Origin: an uncultured Acidobacteriota bacterium
GTDB taxonomy: Bacteria > Actinomycetota > Acidimicrobiia > Acidimicrobiales > SHLQ01
Length of the DNA: 64,000 nucleotides
Assembly (NCBI GenBank): GCA_963732655.1
Contig: CAVTAI010000006.1
Coordinates: forward strand, 34,306 to 98,305
Direction: 5' to 3'
Each line of letters opens with the position of its first letter. The first letter of the stretch is position 1. The notes under the pieces were generated by a model. It made no database searches. It worked only from the letters and a program-made list of their open reading frames with translations, and had not been told where the DNA came from. Below are positions 28,207 through 37,071 of this stretch, one piece after another. Position numbers and translations under genes: made by a program.

Positions 28207-29022
28207 CTACGTGCCCGGTACGCCGATCATGCCGGACGCCGAGGCTGAGAACCGCTCGGAACCACCGTTGACGCTGCGGCCCCCGTCGACCACGAGTGTG
28301 TGGCCGTTGACGAGCCTCGACTCGTCGCTGGCCAGGTACACCGCCGCGTGGGCGATGTCCATCGGGTCCGAGGCCACGCCCCAGCGTTCCCGAGATCGCT
28401 CGGCGACGGCCCCGAGGTTGGTGGCATCACCGGTCAGAGCCAGAGCAGTGAGCGGCGTGGGGATGTTGCCAGGGGCGATGGCATTGGCCCTCACACCCTG
28501 CACTCCGAGCTCGCTGGCCACCGACTTGGTGAACCCGACCACGGCCGTCTTGGCCGCGGTGTATGCGTGAGGTCCGAGCCCGCCGATAACCCCCGCGATG
28601 CTCGACGTCGAGATGATCGAGCCACTCCCCTGGGCCACCATCACCCGGGCCGCGTGTTTGCTGCCGTAGAACACCGAGTGCAACAACACGTCGATCGTGG
28701 CCATCCACGCCGAGGTCTCCGTCTCGGCGATCGGGCCCACGGCCCCGACCACGCCGGCGTTGTTGACCATGACGTCGAGCCGCCCCCACGTCGCCACTGC
28801 GAGATCGACGGCCGCCGCGACATCGGACTCCGACGTCACGTCGCACCGGATGAACCGGACGGCCTGCGGGTAGCGGGCGGCCACCTCGGTGCCCCGCTCG
28901 ACCTGGATGTCGGCCAGCACGACGGAGGCTCCCTCCGCGACGAACCGCTCCACGATCGCTTCGCCGATGCCGCTGGCCCCGCCGGTCACCACCGTCGACT
29001 TGCCATCGAGTCGTCCCACCAT
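28207..29022 (-). CDS. SDR family oxidoreductase
   Basis: TGGASGIGEAI Rossmann motif, YTAAK catalytic motif, NAIAPG. Confidence 0.85.
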   Translation of the reverse strand: MVGRLDGKSTVVTGGASGIGEAIVERFVAEGASVVLADIQVERGTEVAARYPQAVRFIRCDVTSESDVAAAVDLAVATWGRLDVMVNNAGVVGAVGPIAETETSAWMATIDVLLHSVFYGSKHAARVMVAQGSGSIISTSSIAGVIGGLGPHAYTAAKTAVVGFTKSVASELGVQGVRANAIAPGNIPTPLTALALTGDATNLGAVAERSRERWGVASDPMDIAHAAVYLASDESRLVNGHTLVVDGGRSVNGGSERFSASASGMIGVPGT

Positions 29023-29023
29023 C

Positions 29024-30202
29024 TCAGCGCTCCCCACGGCTGTCACGAGCGGTGCCGGCTCGTCTGATCATCGTCGCCATGGTCTCGTGGTAGTGGGCGA
29101 TCTTGCACTCTCGTTCGTTGAGGATGTTCGCCCGGTAGGCGCTCGACCGCTTGGTCCGAGCGAGCTGCTCGTAGATGCCGATGTCCTCGGCGACCACATC
29201 TTTGAGGTGCTGCCAGTGCGCCGACATGCGGGCGCGGTACTCGGCGTAGTCGGGATCGTCGGTGTCGCCGGGATAGGCGATCTCCCAGCACAGGAACCGG
29301 GTGCGATCGACGTCGATCGGGATCGGGTTGAAGACCTGGATGTGCTCGGGGTTGCAGTTGAACACCGTGTTCGGGAACACGACGTAGTGGCAGATCGCGT
29401 ACTGGTGGTGATCCCAGTCCTCCGCCAGCTTCTCGCGGTGCTGCTGGCGGGGCACGAAACACATGTAGTTGTGGTCGTTGACGATGTGAAAGGTGGTGTC
29501 ACGAGCGGACTTCACCCAGTCGGCGCCGACGTTGTGCAGCTCGCTCGTGTGGTAGATCTCGTTGAAGCCGTCGACGATGGCCTTGTAGCTGACGGGGACA
29601 TCCCACTCCAGCACCTCCACCAGCTCCATGTCCTCCATGCGGTACTGGCCGAGGTCGGCCAGGATGTCCGGGCCGATCCAGTCCCGCAGGCTCGGCGCCT
29701 GGTCCGGGCCGGCCAGGTTCACGAACACCCAGCCGCCCCACTCGTCGGCGGCGACCGCCGGAGCGCGCACACCCTCGAGGTGTTCGGGGGCGAAGTCCTG
29801 CCGCTCGGGAACGCCGACGAGCTTCCCCGTGGTGTCGTACACCCAGCCGTGGTAGGGGCACGTGAACCGCCGGGCGCCGCACCCGGACCATTCGGTGACG
29901 AACGACGGGCCCCGGTGTCGGCACACGTTGTGGAACGCGGCCAACGAACCATCCGGCTGGCGGGTGATGACCACCGTCTCGCCGTGACTCTCGAAGCTCA
30001 GCCAATCCCCCGGGTCCGCCACCTGCGTCGATCGACCGGCGAGGAGCCACGTGGTGTTGAGCACCTGCTGGCGTTCGAGCTCGAACTGCATCGGGTCCGT
30101 GTAACAGGACCGATCGAGCACTGCCGGTCCGTAGTCCGGCAGGTTCGGGACCGACGGGCCCAGCCGGACCGGCACCTCACCACGTGTTGGCACATGAACC
30201 AT
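29024..30202 (-). CDS. Rieske oxygenase alpha subunit (paralog 3)
   Basis: CRHRG ... CPYHGW; iron motif NEIYHTSELH. Confidence 0.9.
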   Translation of the reverse strand: MVHVPTRGEVPVRLGPSVPNLPDYGPAVLDRSCYTDPMQFELERQQVLNTTWLLAGRSTQVADPGDWLSFESHGETVVITRQPDGSLAAFHNVCRHRGPSFVTEWSGCGARRFTCPYHGWVYDTTGKLVGVPERQDFAPEHLEGVRAPAVAADEWGGWVFVNLAGPDQAPSLRDWIGPDILADLGQYRMEDMELVEVLEWDVPVSYKAIVDGFNEIYHTSELHNVGADWVKSARDTTFHIVNDHNYMCFVPRQQHREKLAEDWDHHQYAICHYVVFPNTVFNCNPEHIQVFNPIPIDVDRTRFLCWEIAYPGDTDDPDYAEYRARMSAHWQHLKDVVAEDIGIYEQLARTKRSSAYRANILNERECKIAHYHETMATMIRRAGTARDSRGER

Positions 30203-30226
30203 CGGGCTGCCCCCTTGACCGTTCCA

Positions 30227-30261
30227 CTCGACGGGCCCGACTCGACGGGCCCGAATCGACG
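30227..30261. repeat. 14-bp tandem repeat CTCGACGGGCCCGA, 2.5 copies
   Basis: Identical copies at 30227-30240 and 30241-30254, then the partial copy atcgacg. Lies in the divergent Rieske/TetR intergenic region. Confidence 0.8.
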
Positions 30262-30276
30262 TTTCACCTAACAGAT

Positions 30277-30286
30277 GTTATATAAC
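30277..30286. promoter_or_regulatory. perfect palindrome GTTATATAAC, 5 nt upstream of the TetR start
   Basis: This is the only strongly AT-rich stretch in this intergenic region. It could be an operator and/or a -10 element for a leaderless TetR mRNA. Confidence 0.5.
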
Positions 30287-30291
30287 CACAC

Positions 30292-30873
30292 ATGCCACGC
30301 GCCGTCGACGCCGACCAGCGACGGACGGAGTTCACCGACGCCGCCTCCCGCATCATCGCTCGCTCCGGCGTCGAAGCGGCGACCATGCGCGAGGTGGCCG
30401 CCGAGGCCGGTTGGACCACGGGCGCCGTCACCCACTACTTCGCGGACAAACGGGAGCTGCTGCTGGCCACCCTCCAGGACTCCCTGGCCAACCGGCGGGC
30501 CCAGCGTCCGGACCCGGGGGCGGCGAACCCCGAGGAGCGACTGTGGGCCTCCCTCGTCGGCGCCCTGCCGTTGGACGACGACCGGCGACGCCACTGGCTG
30601 GTCACGCTGGCCTTCGCCACCCAGGCCGCCGCCGATGCCGAACTGGCCACCGCGCAGCGCGGTGCCTACCGGGAGTTCCGGGGCCACATCCAGAGCCTGG
30701 TCGAAGCAGCAGGACTGGCGGACGCCCGGGCCAGCCAGACGCGGGCCGAGCAACTCATCGCCGCCGCCGACGGCATCGCCATCCAGGCCCTGTTCGACCC
30801 GGGGGCGTGGACTCCCGCCCGGCAGGCGTCGACCCTCGAGGCGATGTACCGCACGGCGCTCGGTCGCCACTGA
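30292..30873 (+). CDS. TetR family transcriptional regulator
   Basis: HTH TMREVAAEAGWTTGAVTHYFADKREL. Confidence 0.9.
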   Translation: MPRAVDADQRRTEFTDAASRIIARSGVEAATMREVAAEAGWTTGAVTHYFADKRELLLATLQDSLANRRAQRPDPGAANPEERLWASLVGALPLDDDRRRHWLVTLAFATQAAADAELATAQRGAYREFRGHIQSLVEAAGLADARASQTRAEQLIAAADGIAIQALFDPGAWTPARQASTLEAMYRTALGRH

Positions 30874-30888
30874 GGATCGAGGCCGAGC

Positions 30889-33276
30889 ATGACTTCATGG
30901 AGTGGTTGTAGAGTTACTCCCCCGATGGGGACTTCTCTGTTCCCCCCCATGGGGGGCCACGACACCGACGAACTGACGGCACGGATCGAAGGCGCGGTGC
31001 GCGCCGCGTCCGACGCGGATCCCGGCCGGATCCTGGCCGCGCTCCGGGCGGTCGGACCCGACGAGCTCGGCGTGTTCCTCCACCGATCGCTCGACGTCCC
31101 CGACGGCGTGACGGCCATCGGCTCGGGTCTGCCGGCCTCCCCCGGTGCGGCCTCAGGCGCCATCGTCTTGAGTGCCGAGAGCGCCATGACCGCCGCCGAC
31201 ACCGGCGCCGCCGTGATCCTCGTCCGGACCGAGACGACACCCGACGACGTCCACGGCATGCTGGCCAGTCGCGGCATCTTGACGTCGCGAGGCGGGCTCG
31301 TGAGCCACGCCGCCGTCGTCGCCCGGGGCTGGGGCATCCCGGCGATCGTGGGGGCCGCCGGAGTCGTCGTCGACGGCGACACCGTGCTCGTCGATGGGCA
31401 CCGCCTGCGCGAAGGCGACATCATCACGATCGACGGGACGACCGGCCACATCTACACCGGCGAGCTCGCCACGACCGGCGCCGATGCTCCACCCGAGCTC
31501 GACACGCTGCTCAGCTGGGCGGACGACGTGGCCTGCGGCCACGTACAGGTGCGGGTGAACGCCGACACCGAAGGCGATGCTGCCCACGGTCGACGCCGCG
31601 GCGCCCGGGGCATCGGGCTGTGCCGTACCGAGCACATGTTCCTGGCCGCCGATCGGCTCGCCCTGATGCGCCGCTTCATCCTCAGCGACGATGTCGCCAC
31701 CGAGACCGACGCCCTCCGCGCACTCGAGTCAGCGCAGGTGACGGACTTCGAGACGCTCCTCGAAGCCATGGACGGCCTCCCGGTCACCATCCGGCTGCTC
31801 GATCCTCCGCTCCACGAGTTCCTCCCCGATCTCCTCGATCTCGTGGCCCGCGAGGCCCGCGGCGAGTTGACCTCGGACGACGATCTCGAACTGGCCGCCG
31901 TTCGCCGCCTGCACGAGACGAACCCGATGATCGGCACCCGGGGCGTGCGCCTGGGCATGGTCCGGAGCGGCCTCTACGAGATGCAGGTCCGGGCGCTGTG
32001 CACCGCCGCCGCCCGCCTGTTCGACCGGGGTCTGCACCCGCACGTCGAGATCATGATCCCCCTCGTCGTCGACGCCGAGGAGCTGAGGATCGCCCGCGGG
32101 TGGGTCACCGGCGTGCTCGACACCATCGGCCACCCCGAGCTCGCCTCGAATGTGGTCACCGTCGGAGCCATGATCGAGACCCCCCGCGCCGCGCTCACCG
32201 CAGGTGCCTTGGCCGAACACGCCGACTTCTTCTCGTTCGGCACGAACGACCTCACCCAGATGACCTACGCCTTCAGTCGTGACGATGTCGAGGCCAAGCT
32301 CCTGCCGTTGTACTTGGCCCACGGCATCTTGCCGGCCAACCCCTTCGGCGTCCTCGACCGAGACGGTGTCGGCCAACTCGTCCGCCTCGCCTGCGACGCC
32401 GCCCGCGCCGCCAAACCGGGCATCAAGCTGGGCGTGTGCGGTGAACACGCCGGCGACCCGGCGTCGGTCGAGTTCCTGGTCGCGGTCGGCGTCGACTCGG
32501 TGAGCTGCTCCCCTTATCGCGTCCCCATGGCCCGCCTCGGCGTCGCCCAGGCGCTCCTCGACACCGGCCGTGTCGATCCCACCACGGTGACCTTCTCGGC
32601 GGCACCCGAATCCACCACGTCCGCGCCCGCTCCCGGATTCGAGACGAGCTCCGTCAGCGCCGACGCGGGCACCAGCGACGTGATCGACGTCGGCCGCGTC
32701 CTGCACACGCTGCGCATCCGCGGCTTCGTCTCCCCCGCCGGGTTCGAGGCGAGCCTGGGCGTCCATCCCGCCGAGATCCTCGAGGGCCTCGTCGAATCGG
32801 GCCAGGCGCGGTACCTGGAACCTCGCCAGCTCTACGGTCTGCTCCCTCCGGGCAAGGAGCTCCTCGAGTCGCTCCTGAGCGAGTTCGCCACTCCGGAGGT
32901 GACGGCGGCCCTGCACCACGACTACGACAAGTTCCTCGCCCTCAACGCCGAGCTGAAGACGCTGTGTACCGACTGGCAGATGCGCGCCGGCGAGCCCAAC
33001 GACCACACCGATGCCGCCTACGACGCCGGCTGCGTCGAGCGTCTCGTGGCGCTCACCGATCAGACCGCCCCGGTCGTCGACGCCATGGCGTCGACCCTGC
33101 CGCGATTCCGGCGTTACGTCGACCGACTCCGCGCTGCGGTCGAGCAGGTCCTCGCCGGCCAGCACAAACGCTTCACCGGGGTCATGTGCGAGTCGTACCA
33201 CGACGTGTGGATGGAGCTCCACGAGGACCTCATCGTCCTTCAACGCATCGATCGCACGGTCGAGGGCAGCTTCTGA
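30889..33276 (+). CDS. PPDK-like PEP-binding protein without an ATP-grasp domain, plus a roughly 230-aa C-terminal extension (alternative starts 30925 and 30949)
   Basis: GLPASPGAASG, swivel His motif GGLVSHAAVVARGWGIPAIVG, and PEP-barrel motifs CRTEHMF, GTNDLTQ, CGEHAGDP. I see no GGKG-type nucleotide-binding N-terminus. The C-terminal extension looks winged-helix-like. Confidence 0.8.
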   Translation: MTSWSGCRVTPPMGTSLFPPMGGHDTDELTARIEGAVRAASDADPGRILAALRAVGPDELGVFLHRSLDVPDGVTAIGSGLPASPGAASGAIVLSAESAMTAADTGAAVILVRTETTPDDVHGMLASRGILTSRGGLVSHAAVVARGWGIPAIVGAAGVVVDGDTVLVDGHRLREGDIITIDGTTGHIYTGELATTGADAPPELDTLLSWADDVACGHVQVRVNADTEGDAAHGRRRGARGIGLCRTEHMFLAADRLALMRRFILSDDVATETDALRALESAQVTDFETLLEAMDGLPVTIRLLDPPLHEFLPDLLDLVAREARGELTSDDDLELAAVRRLHETNPMIGTRGVRLGMVRSGLYEMQVRALCTAAARLFDRGLHPHVEIMIPLVVDAEELRIARGWVTGVLDTIGHPELASNVVTVGAMIETPRAALTAGALAEHADFFSFGTNDLTQMTYAFSRDDVEAKLLPLYLAHGILPANPFGVLDRDGVGQLVRLACDAARAAKPGIKLGVCGEHAGDPASVEFLVAVGVDSVSCSPYRVPMARLGVAQALLDTGRVDPTTVTFSAAPESTTSAPAPGFETSSVSADAGTSDVIDVGRVLHTLRIRGFVSPAGFEASLGVHPAEILEGLVESGQARYLEPRQLYGLLPPGKELLESLLSEFATPEVTAALHHDYDKFLALNAELKTLCTDWQMRAGEPNDHTDAAYDAGCVERLVALTDQTAPVVDAMASTLPRFRRYVDRLRAAVEQVLAGQHKRFTGVMCESYHDVWMELHEDLIVLQRIDRTVEGSF

Positions 33277-33311
33277 GGCGCTCCCGGGCGATCACCTTAG
33301 ACTCCACCTCA

Positions 33312-33956
33312 GTGACGACCGACCCTCAGCCCGCCAGACGACTCGGCCGGCCTCCGGCATCGAGCTCGACCGAAACCCGCGAGCGCCTCGTCGAAGTGGC
33401 TCGGCGCTGCTTCGCCGAACTCGGCTTCGAAGCGACCACCAACCGCTCGCTGGCCGAGGAAGCAGGCATCACCACAGGCGCGATCTACCACTACTTCGGG
33501 TCGAAGCTCGACATCTACACCGCAGTGTTCGACGACGTGCGACGACGCGTGTACGACGAGCTCGAAGCGGCCGCGGCGCTCGGCGTGACCTTCGTCGATC
33601 AGCTCGAATCGATGTTGGAGCGGGCCCACGAGCTCAACCGGGAAGACCCGACCCTCGCCACCTTCCTGGGCGCCGCCCGGGTCGACGCTCGCCGCCACCC
33701 CGAGATCGCCGGCGCCCTCATGTCGGACTGGTCCGAGGCCCGAACCAACTTCTTCGCCAGCATGGTCGACCACGGCATCCGTTCCGGGGAGATCGAACCG
33801 GAGATGCGCGAGACCGTGATCGCCATGATCTCGGTGATCACCGTCGGCCTGACCGATGCCGTGTCCGACGACCTCGCCACGCACCGCATGGCCGTCAACG
33901 GAATTCGAGGCCTGCTGCGAGGCGATCTCATCAGTCGCTCACCGGCCGTGGCCTGA
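33312..33956 (+). CDS. TetR family transcriptional regulator
   Basis: HTH TNRSLAEEAGITTGAIYHYFGSKLDI; GTG start. Confidence 0.85.
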   Translation: MTTDPQPARRLGRPPASSSTETRERLVEVARRCFAELGFEATTNRSLAEEAGITTGAIYHYFGSKLDIYTAVFDDVRRRVYDELEAAAALGVTFVDQLESMLERAHELNREDPTLATFLGAARVDARRHPEIAGALMSDWSEARTNFFASMVDHGIRSGEIEPEMRETVIAMISVITVGLTDAVSDDLATHRMAVNGIRGLLRGDLISRSPAVA

Positions 33957-34002
33957 TCGCTCGGCCATCGCTTCGACCCGTGCTCGGTCCGGCTCCGCTG
34001 AG

Positions 34003-34047
34003 AAACTAATCACGCGGTAGATTTCCCCCGGCAACCGGTCCGGTTGC
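34003..34047. promoter_or_regulatory. operator-like AAACTAATCACGCGGTAGATTT followed by the perfect inverted repeat GCAACCGG-T-CCGGTTGC
   Basis: The two elements span 34003-34024 and 34031-34047, upstream of the SDR tandem pair. Confidence 0.4.
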
Positions 34048-34075
34048 GCAGCAACGAGCACACGCAGGGGGAATC

Positions 34076-34852
34076 ATGGAGCTCGAAGGCAGGGTGGCCG
34101 TCATCACCGGCGGCACCCGAGGTATCGGCCGGGCCGTCGCCGAGGCCTTCCTCGCCGAAGGGGCGCGGGTCGTCATCAACGGTCGAAGCCCCGAGAAGGG
34201 GGCCGCCACCCTCGCCGAGATCGGCGCGGGTGACCGTCTCCACTACATCCAGGGTGACGCCATCGTGCAGTCCGAGGTCGACGCTGTCATCGACGGTGCG
34301 GTCGAGCACTTCGGTCGCATCGACATCCTCATGGCCAACGCCGGTGGCGGCGACAACTATGCGCCGATCGTCGACCTCACCGATGAGGCCATGGACTTCG
34401 CCATGAAGGTCAATTTCTGGCACACCTTCTGGGCCATACGCCGGGCGTTGAAATACATGATTCCCCAGGAGTGGGGCCGCATCATCACCATGTCGTCGGT
34501 CGAAGGGAAGTACGGCAAACCGGTGATCTCGCCGTACGTGGCCGCCAAACACGCCATCAACGGACTCACGAAGTCGTGCGCCCAAGAGGTCGGCACCATG
34601 GGCATCACCGTCAACGCGGTCTGCCCGGGCGCCATCGAGACCGACATGATGAAAGAGGCCGGACCCGGCGCCGCCGAAGCCGCCGGCATGACCTACGAGG
34701 CCTTCCTCGACATGTTCGCCAGCGAGACGGCGCGCAAGAAGCTCAACACCGTCGAGGACGTCGCCCAGGTGTGCGTGCTGCTGGCCTCCGAGCTCGGCGG
34801 CGGCATCAGCGGGGCGCAGATCTCGATCGACGGCGGCACCGCCGCCTACTGA
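34076..34852 (+). CDS. SDR family oxidoreductase (3-hydroxyacyl / 3-oxoacyl reductase-like)
   Basis: TGGTRGIGRAV, YVAAKHAINGLTK, NAVCPG. Confidence 0.9.
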   Translation: MELEGRVAVITGGTRGIGRAVAEAFLAEGARVVINGRSPEKGAATLAEIGAGDRLHYIQGDAIVQSEVDAVIDGAVEHFGRIDILMANAGGGDNYAPIVDLTDEAMDFAMKVNFWHTFWAIRRALKYMIPQEWGRIITMSSVEGKYGKPVISPYVAAKHAINGLTKSCAQEVGTMGITVNAVCPGAIETDMMKEAGPGAAEAAGMTYEAFLDMFASETARKKLNTVEDVAQVCVLLASELGGGISGAQISIDGGTAAY

Positions 34853-34867
34853 GGGGGAATCATCATC

Positions 34868-35650
34868 ATGGGAAAACTTGACGGCAAGGTCGCGGTGATC
34901 ACCGCCAGCACCCGCAGCATCGGGCGGGCCATCGCCGATGCCTATGTCGCCCAGGGCGCCAAGGTCGTCGTCAGCGGCCGTGACGCTGCGAAGGGCGCTC
35001 GGTGCCTGGAGGAGATGGCCGCCGGGGACCAGGCCCACTTCATCGCCTGCGACGCCACGAAACAGGCCGATGTCGAGGGTCTCATCCAGGGCACCATCGA
35101 CCATTTCGGCCAGGTCGACATCGTCGTGCTCAATGCCGGAGGGGTCGGGCAGACCTCCATGATCGTCGACATGCCCGACGACGAGTGGCAGCACGAGTTG
35201 AACCTTAACCTGAACCACACCTTCTGGGGTTTACGCAAGGCCCTCCAACACATGATCCCGCGCGAGAGCGGCCGGGTCATCGCCATCTCGTCGGTCGAGG
35301 GCAAGCTCGGCAAGGCCGGCATCGCCGGGTACGCGGCCAACAAACACGCCATCAACGGTCTGGTGAAGAGCGCAGCCCACGAGGTCGGCACCCTGGGCAT
35401 CACCGTCAATGCCATCTGCCCGGGCATCGTGCTGACCGACATGTTCTACGACTCGGGTCCGGAGACGATCAAGGTGATGGGCCTCCCCGACCTCGACGCC
35501 CTGGCCGACATCTTCGCCAAGGATTCCGCCATCAAACGGCCGAACACCGTCGAAGAGGTCGCCGCCGTCGCCGTCCTGCTCGCCACCGACCAGGCGGCCG
35601 GCATCACCGGGGCGCTGTTCCCGGTCGACGGCGGGACGGTGCAGTACTGA
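34868..35650 (+). CDS. SDR family oxidoreductase (tandem paralog)
   Basis: TASTRSIGRAI, YAANKHAINGLVK, NAICPG. It shares the leader AGGGGGAATCAT with the preceding gene. Confidence 0.9.
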   Translation: MGKLDGKVAVITASTRSIGRAIADAYVAQGAKVVVSGRDAAKGARCLEEMAAGDQAHFIACDATKQADVEGLIQGTIDHFGQVDIVVLNAGGVGQTSMIVDMPDDEWQHELNLNLNHTFWGLRKALQHMIPRESGRVIAISSVEGKLGKAGIAGYAANKHAINGLVKSAAHEVGTLGITVNAICPGIVLTDMFYDSGPETIKVMGLPDLDALADIFAKDSAIKRPNTVEEVAAVAVLLATDQAAGITGALFPVDGGTVQY

Positions 35651-35656
35651 GCGGGC

Positions 35657-36177
35657 ATGATTCCGCCGATTCGGCTCTGGGTCTCACCGCGCTCGGTCTC
35701 GGCCCTCCGGTCCAGATCGCTTATGCCGTCACCGATGTCCGCGCTGCGGCCTTGGTGTGGGCGGAACGAGGCGTGGGCCCGTTCGTGGTGCGGGAACACA
35801 TCGAAGTGAACGGAGCACGGCTCGCCGGGCGGCCGGCCACGTTCGACCACTCGGCGGCCTTCTCCCAGCTCGGCGGACTGATGCTCGAGCTGTTCTGCGT
35901 CCACCACGACACGCCGGTCACCCAGTCATCGGGGCTGCATCATCTGGCTTTCTTCGTCGACTCCGTCGACGAGGACGGAGCCCGGCTGGCCGCCCACGGG
36001 TGGCCCGAGGTCCTGGCCGGCACCAGCGGCGGCGGCAACTACTTCGCCATGCACGATGCCCGACCCGAACTCGGTCACCTGGTCGAGATCTACGCCGCCA
36101 GCGAACGGATGCTGGCGTTCTACGCATCGATCGCCGACACCTCCGCCACCTGGGACGGCACCGACCCCCTGCGGTGA
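35657..36177 (+). CDS. VOC (glyoxalase/dioxygenase) family protein; start unresolved, possibly an indel just after ATG 35657
   Basis: The VOC frame is open from 35209 but has no ATG, GTG or TTG before TTG 35752. The conserved first strand VQIAYAVTDV lies upstream of that TTG. ATG 35657 is one frame off. Confidence 0.55.
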
Positions 36178-36201
36178 CCGAAGGCGGGCCGGACGCGAGG
36201 C

Positions 36202-36954
36202 TCAGCCAGGAACGGTCTCAGCGGACGCATCTGGAGGCGGCAATGCGGCGTCGGGCCCGAGCACGAGTTGATCGGGTGGCACGACGTAGGGCGCCACACA
36301 GAACTCGGTGTAGCGGGCATTCACGTGATCGAGCGCCGCCCGTGCCCGGTCGGAGTAGCCCTGCGGAAACACGACGGTACGGTCGGACCCGGCGCCTGCG
36401 AAGGTGCCCTCCTCGGCCACGATCTCGAGCGACGGCGACATCTCCTCAGCCACATCGGCGGGCAAACGTGAGATGACCAGAGCGGTGAACTCGACGAGGT
36501 TCAAGTTCCGGACCTCGTCGTCGCTGGGCTCCATCGCCGTGCAGAAGCGCGCCCACCTGGCCGGGACCTCGGGCCGCGCGCATCCCCCCGAGATCGTCAC
36601 GTCGATGAGCTGGAGGCGAGCCCATCTCGACATGGGCGCCAGCACTTCCTGGCTCATCGTTTGAGGGGTGTGGGAATCTCGGGCGATCAGGTCGGCGACC
36701 GTGGGAAGCTGACGATCTCTTTCGTCAGCCGGAAGCTGTGTCCAGCGCGCATATGCCTCGCAGAATGCCGGATCGTCGATCGAATCGGGAAAGTCGATGT
36801 CCCGTACCGTTTCGCTGCTCGGCACCACGTCATCGACGACGGAAGCCACCGGGGCCGAGGACGTCACCACCTGATCGGCCTCGACGACTGTCTCATCACC
36901 CGTGCAACTGGGAAGGATCGACAAGGCAACCGCGACGGCGGCAATCACTCGCAC
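36202..36954 (-). CDS. putative secreted lipoprotein, unknown function
   Basis: N-terminal signal MRVIAAVAVALSILPSC with a lipobox-like LPSC. No family recognised. Confidence 0.6.
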   Translation of the reverse strand: MRVIAAVAVALSILPSCTGDETVVEADQVVTSSAPVASVVDDVVPSSETVRDIDFPDSIDDPAFCEAYARWTQLPADERDRQLPTVADLIARDSHTPQTMSQEVLAPMSRWARLQLIDVTISGGCARPEVPARWARFCTAMEPSDDEVRNLNLVEFTALVISRLPADVAEEMSPSLEIVAEEGTFAGAGSDRTVVFPQGYSDRARAALDHVNARYTEFCVAPYVVPPDQLVLGPDAALPPPDASAETVPG

Positions 36955-37071
36955 GTGCCACCCCCTCTCCGAAGTCCCGTCGCCCTAGCGACCATCGTGC
37001 CTCCCCGTTCGATGTTGCTGGTGGTCCTGGCGTTCTCGGCGATTCGACGGCGATCCTCTTTGTGGTATGTC

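Noticed and set aside
36202-37071. The lipoprotein gene region as a horizontally acquired insert with lower GC.
   Set aside because: I could not compute composition reliably by eye. Codon usage still looks GC3-biased and there are no flanking repeats.
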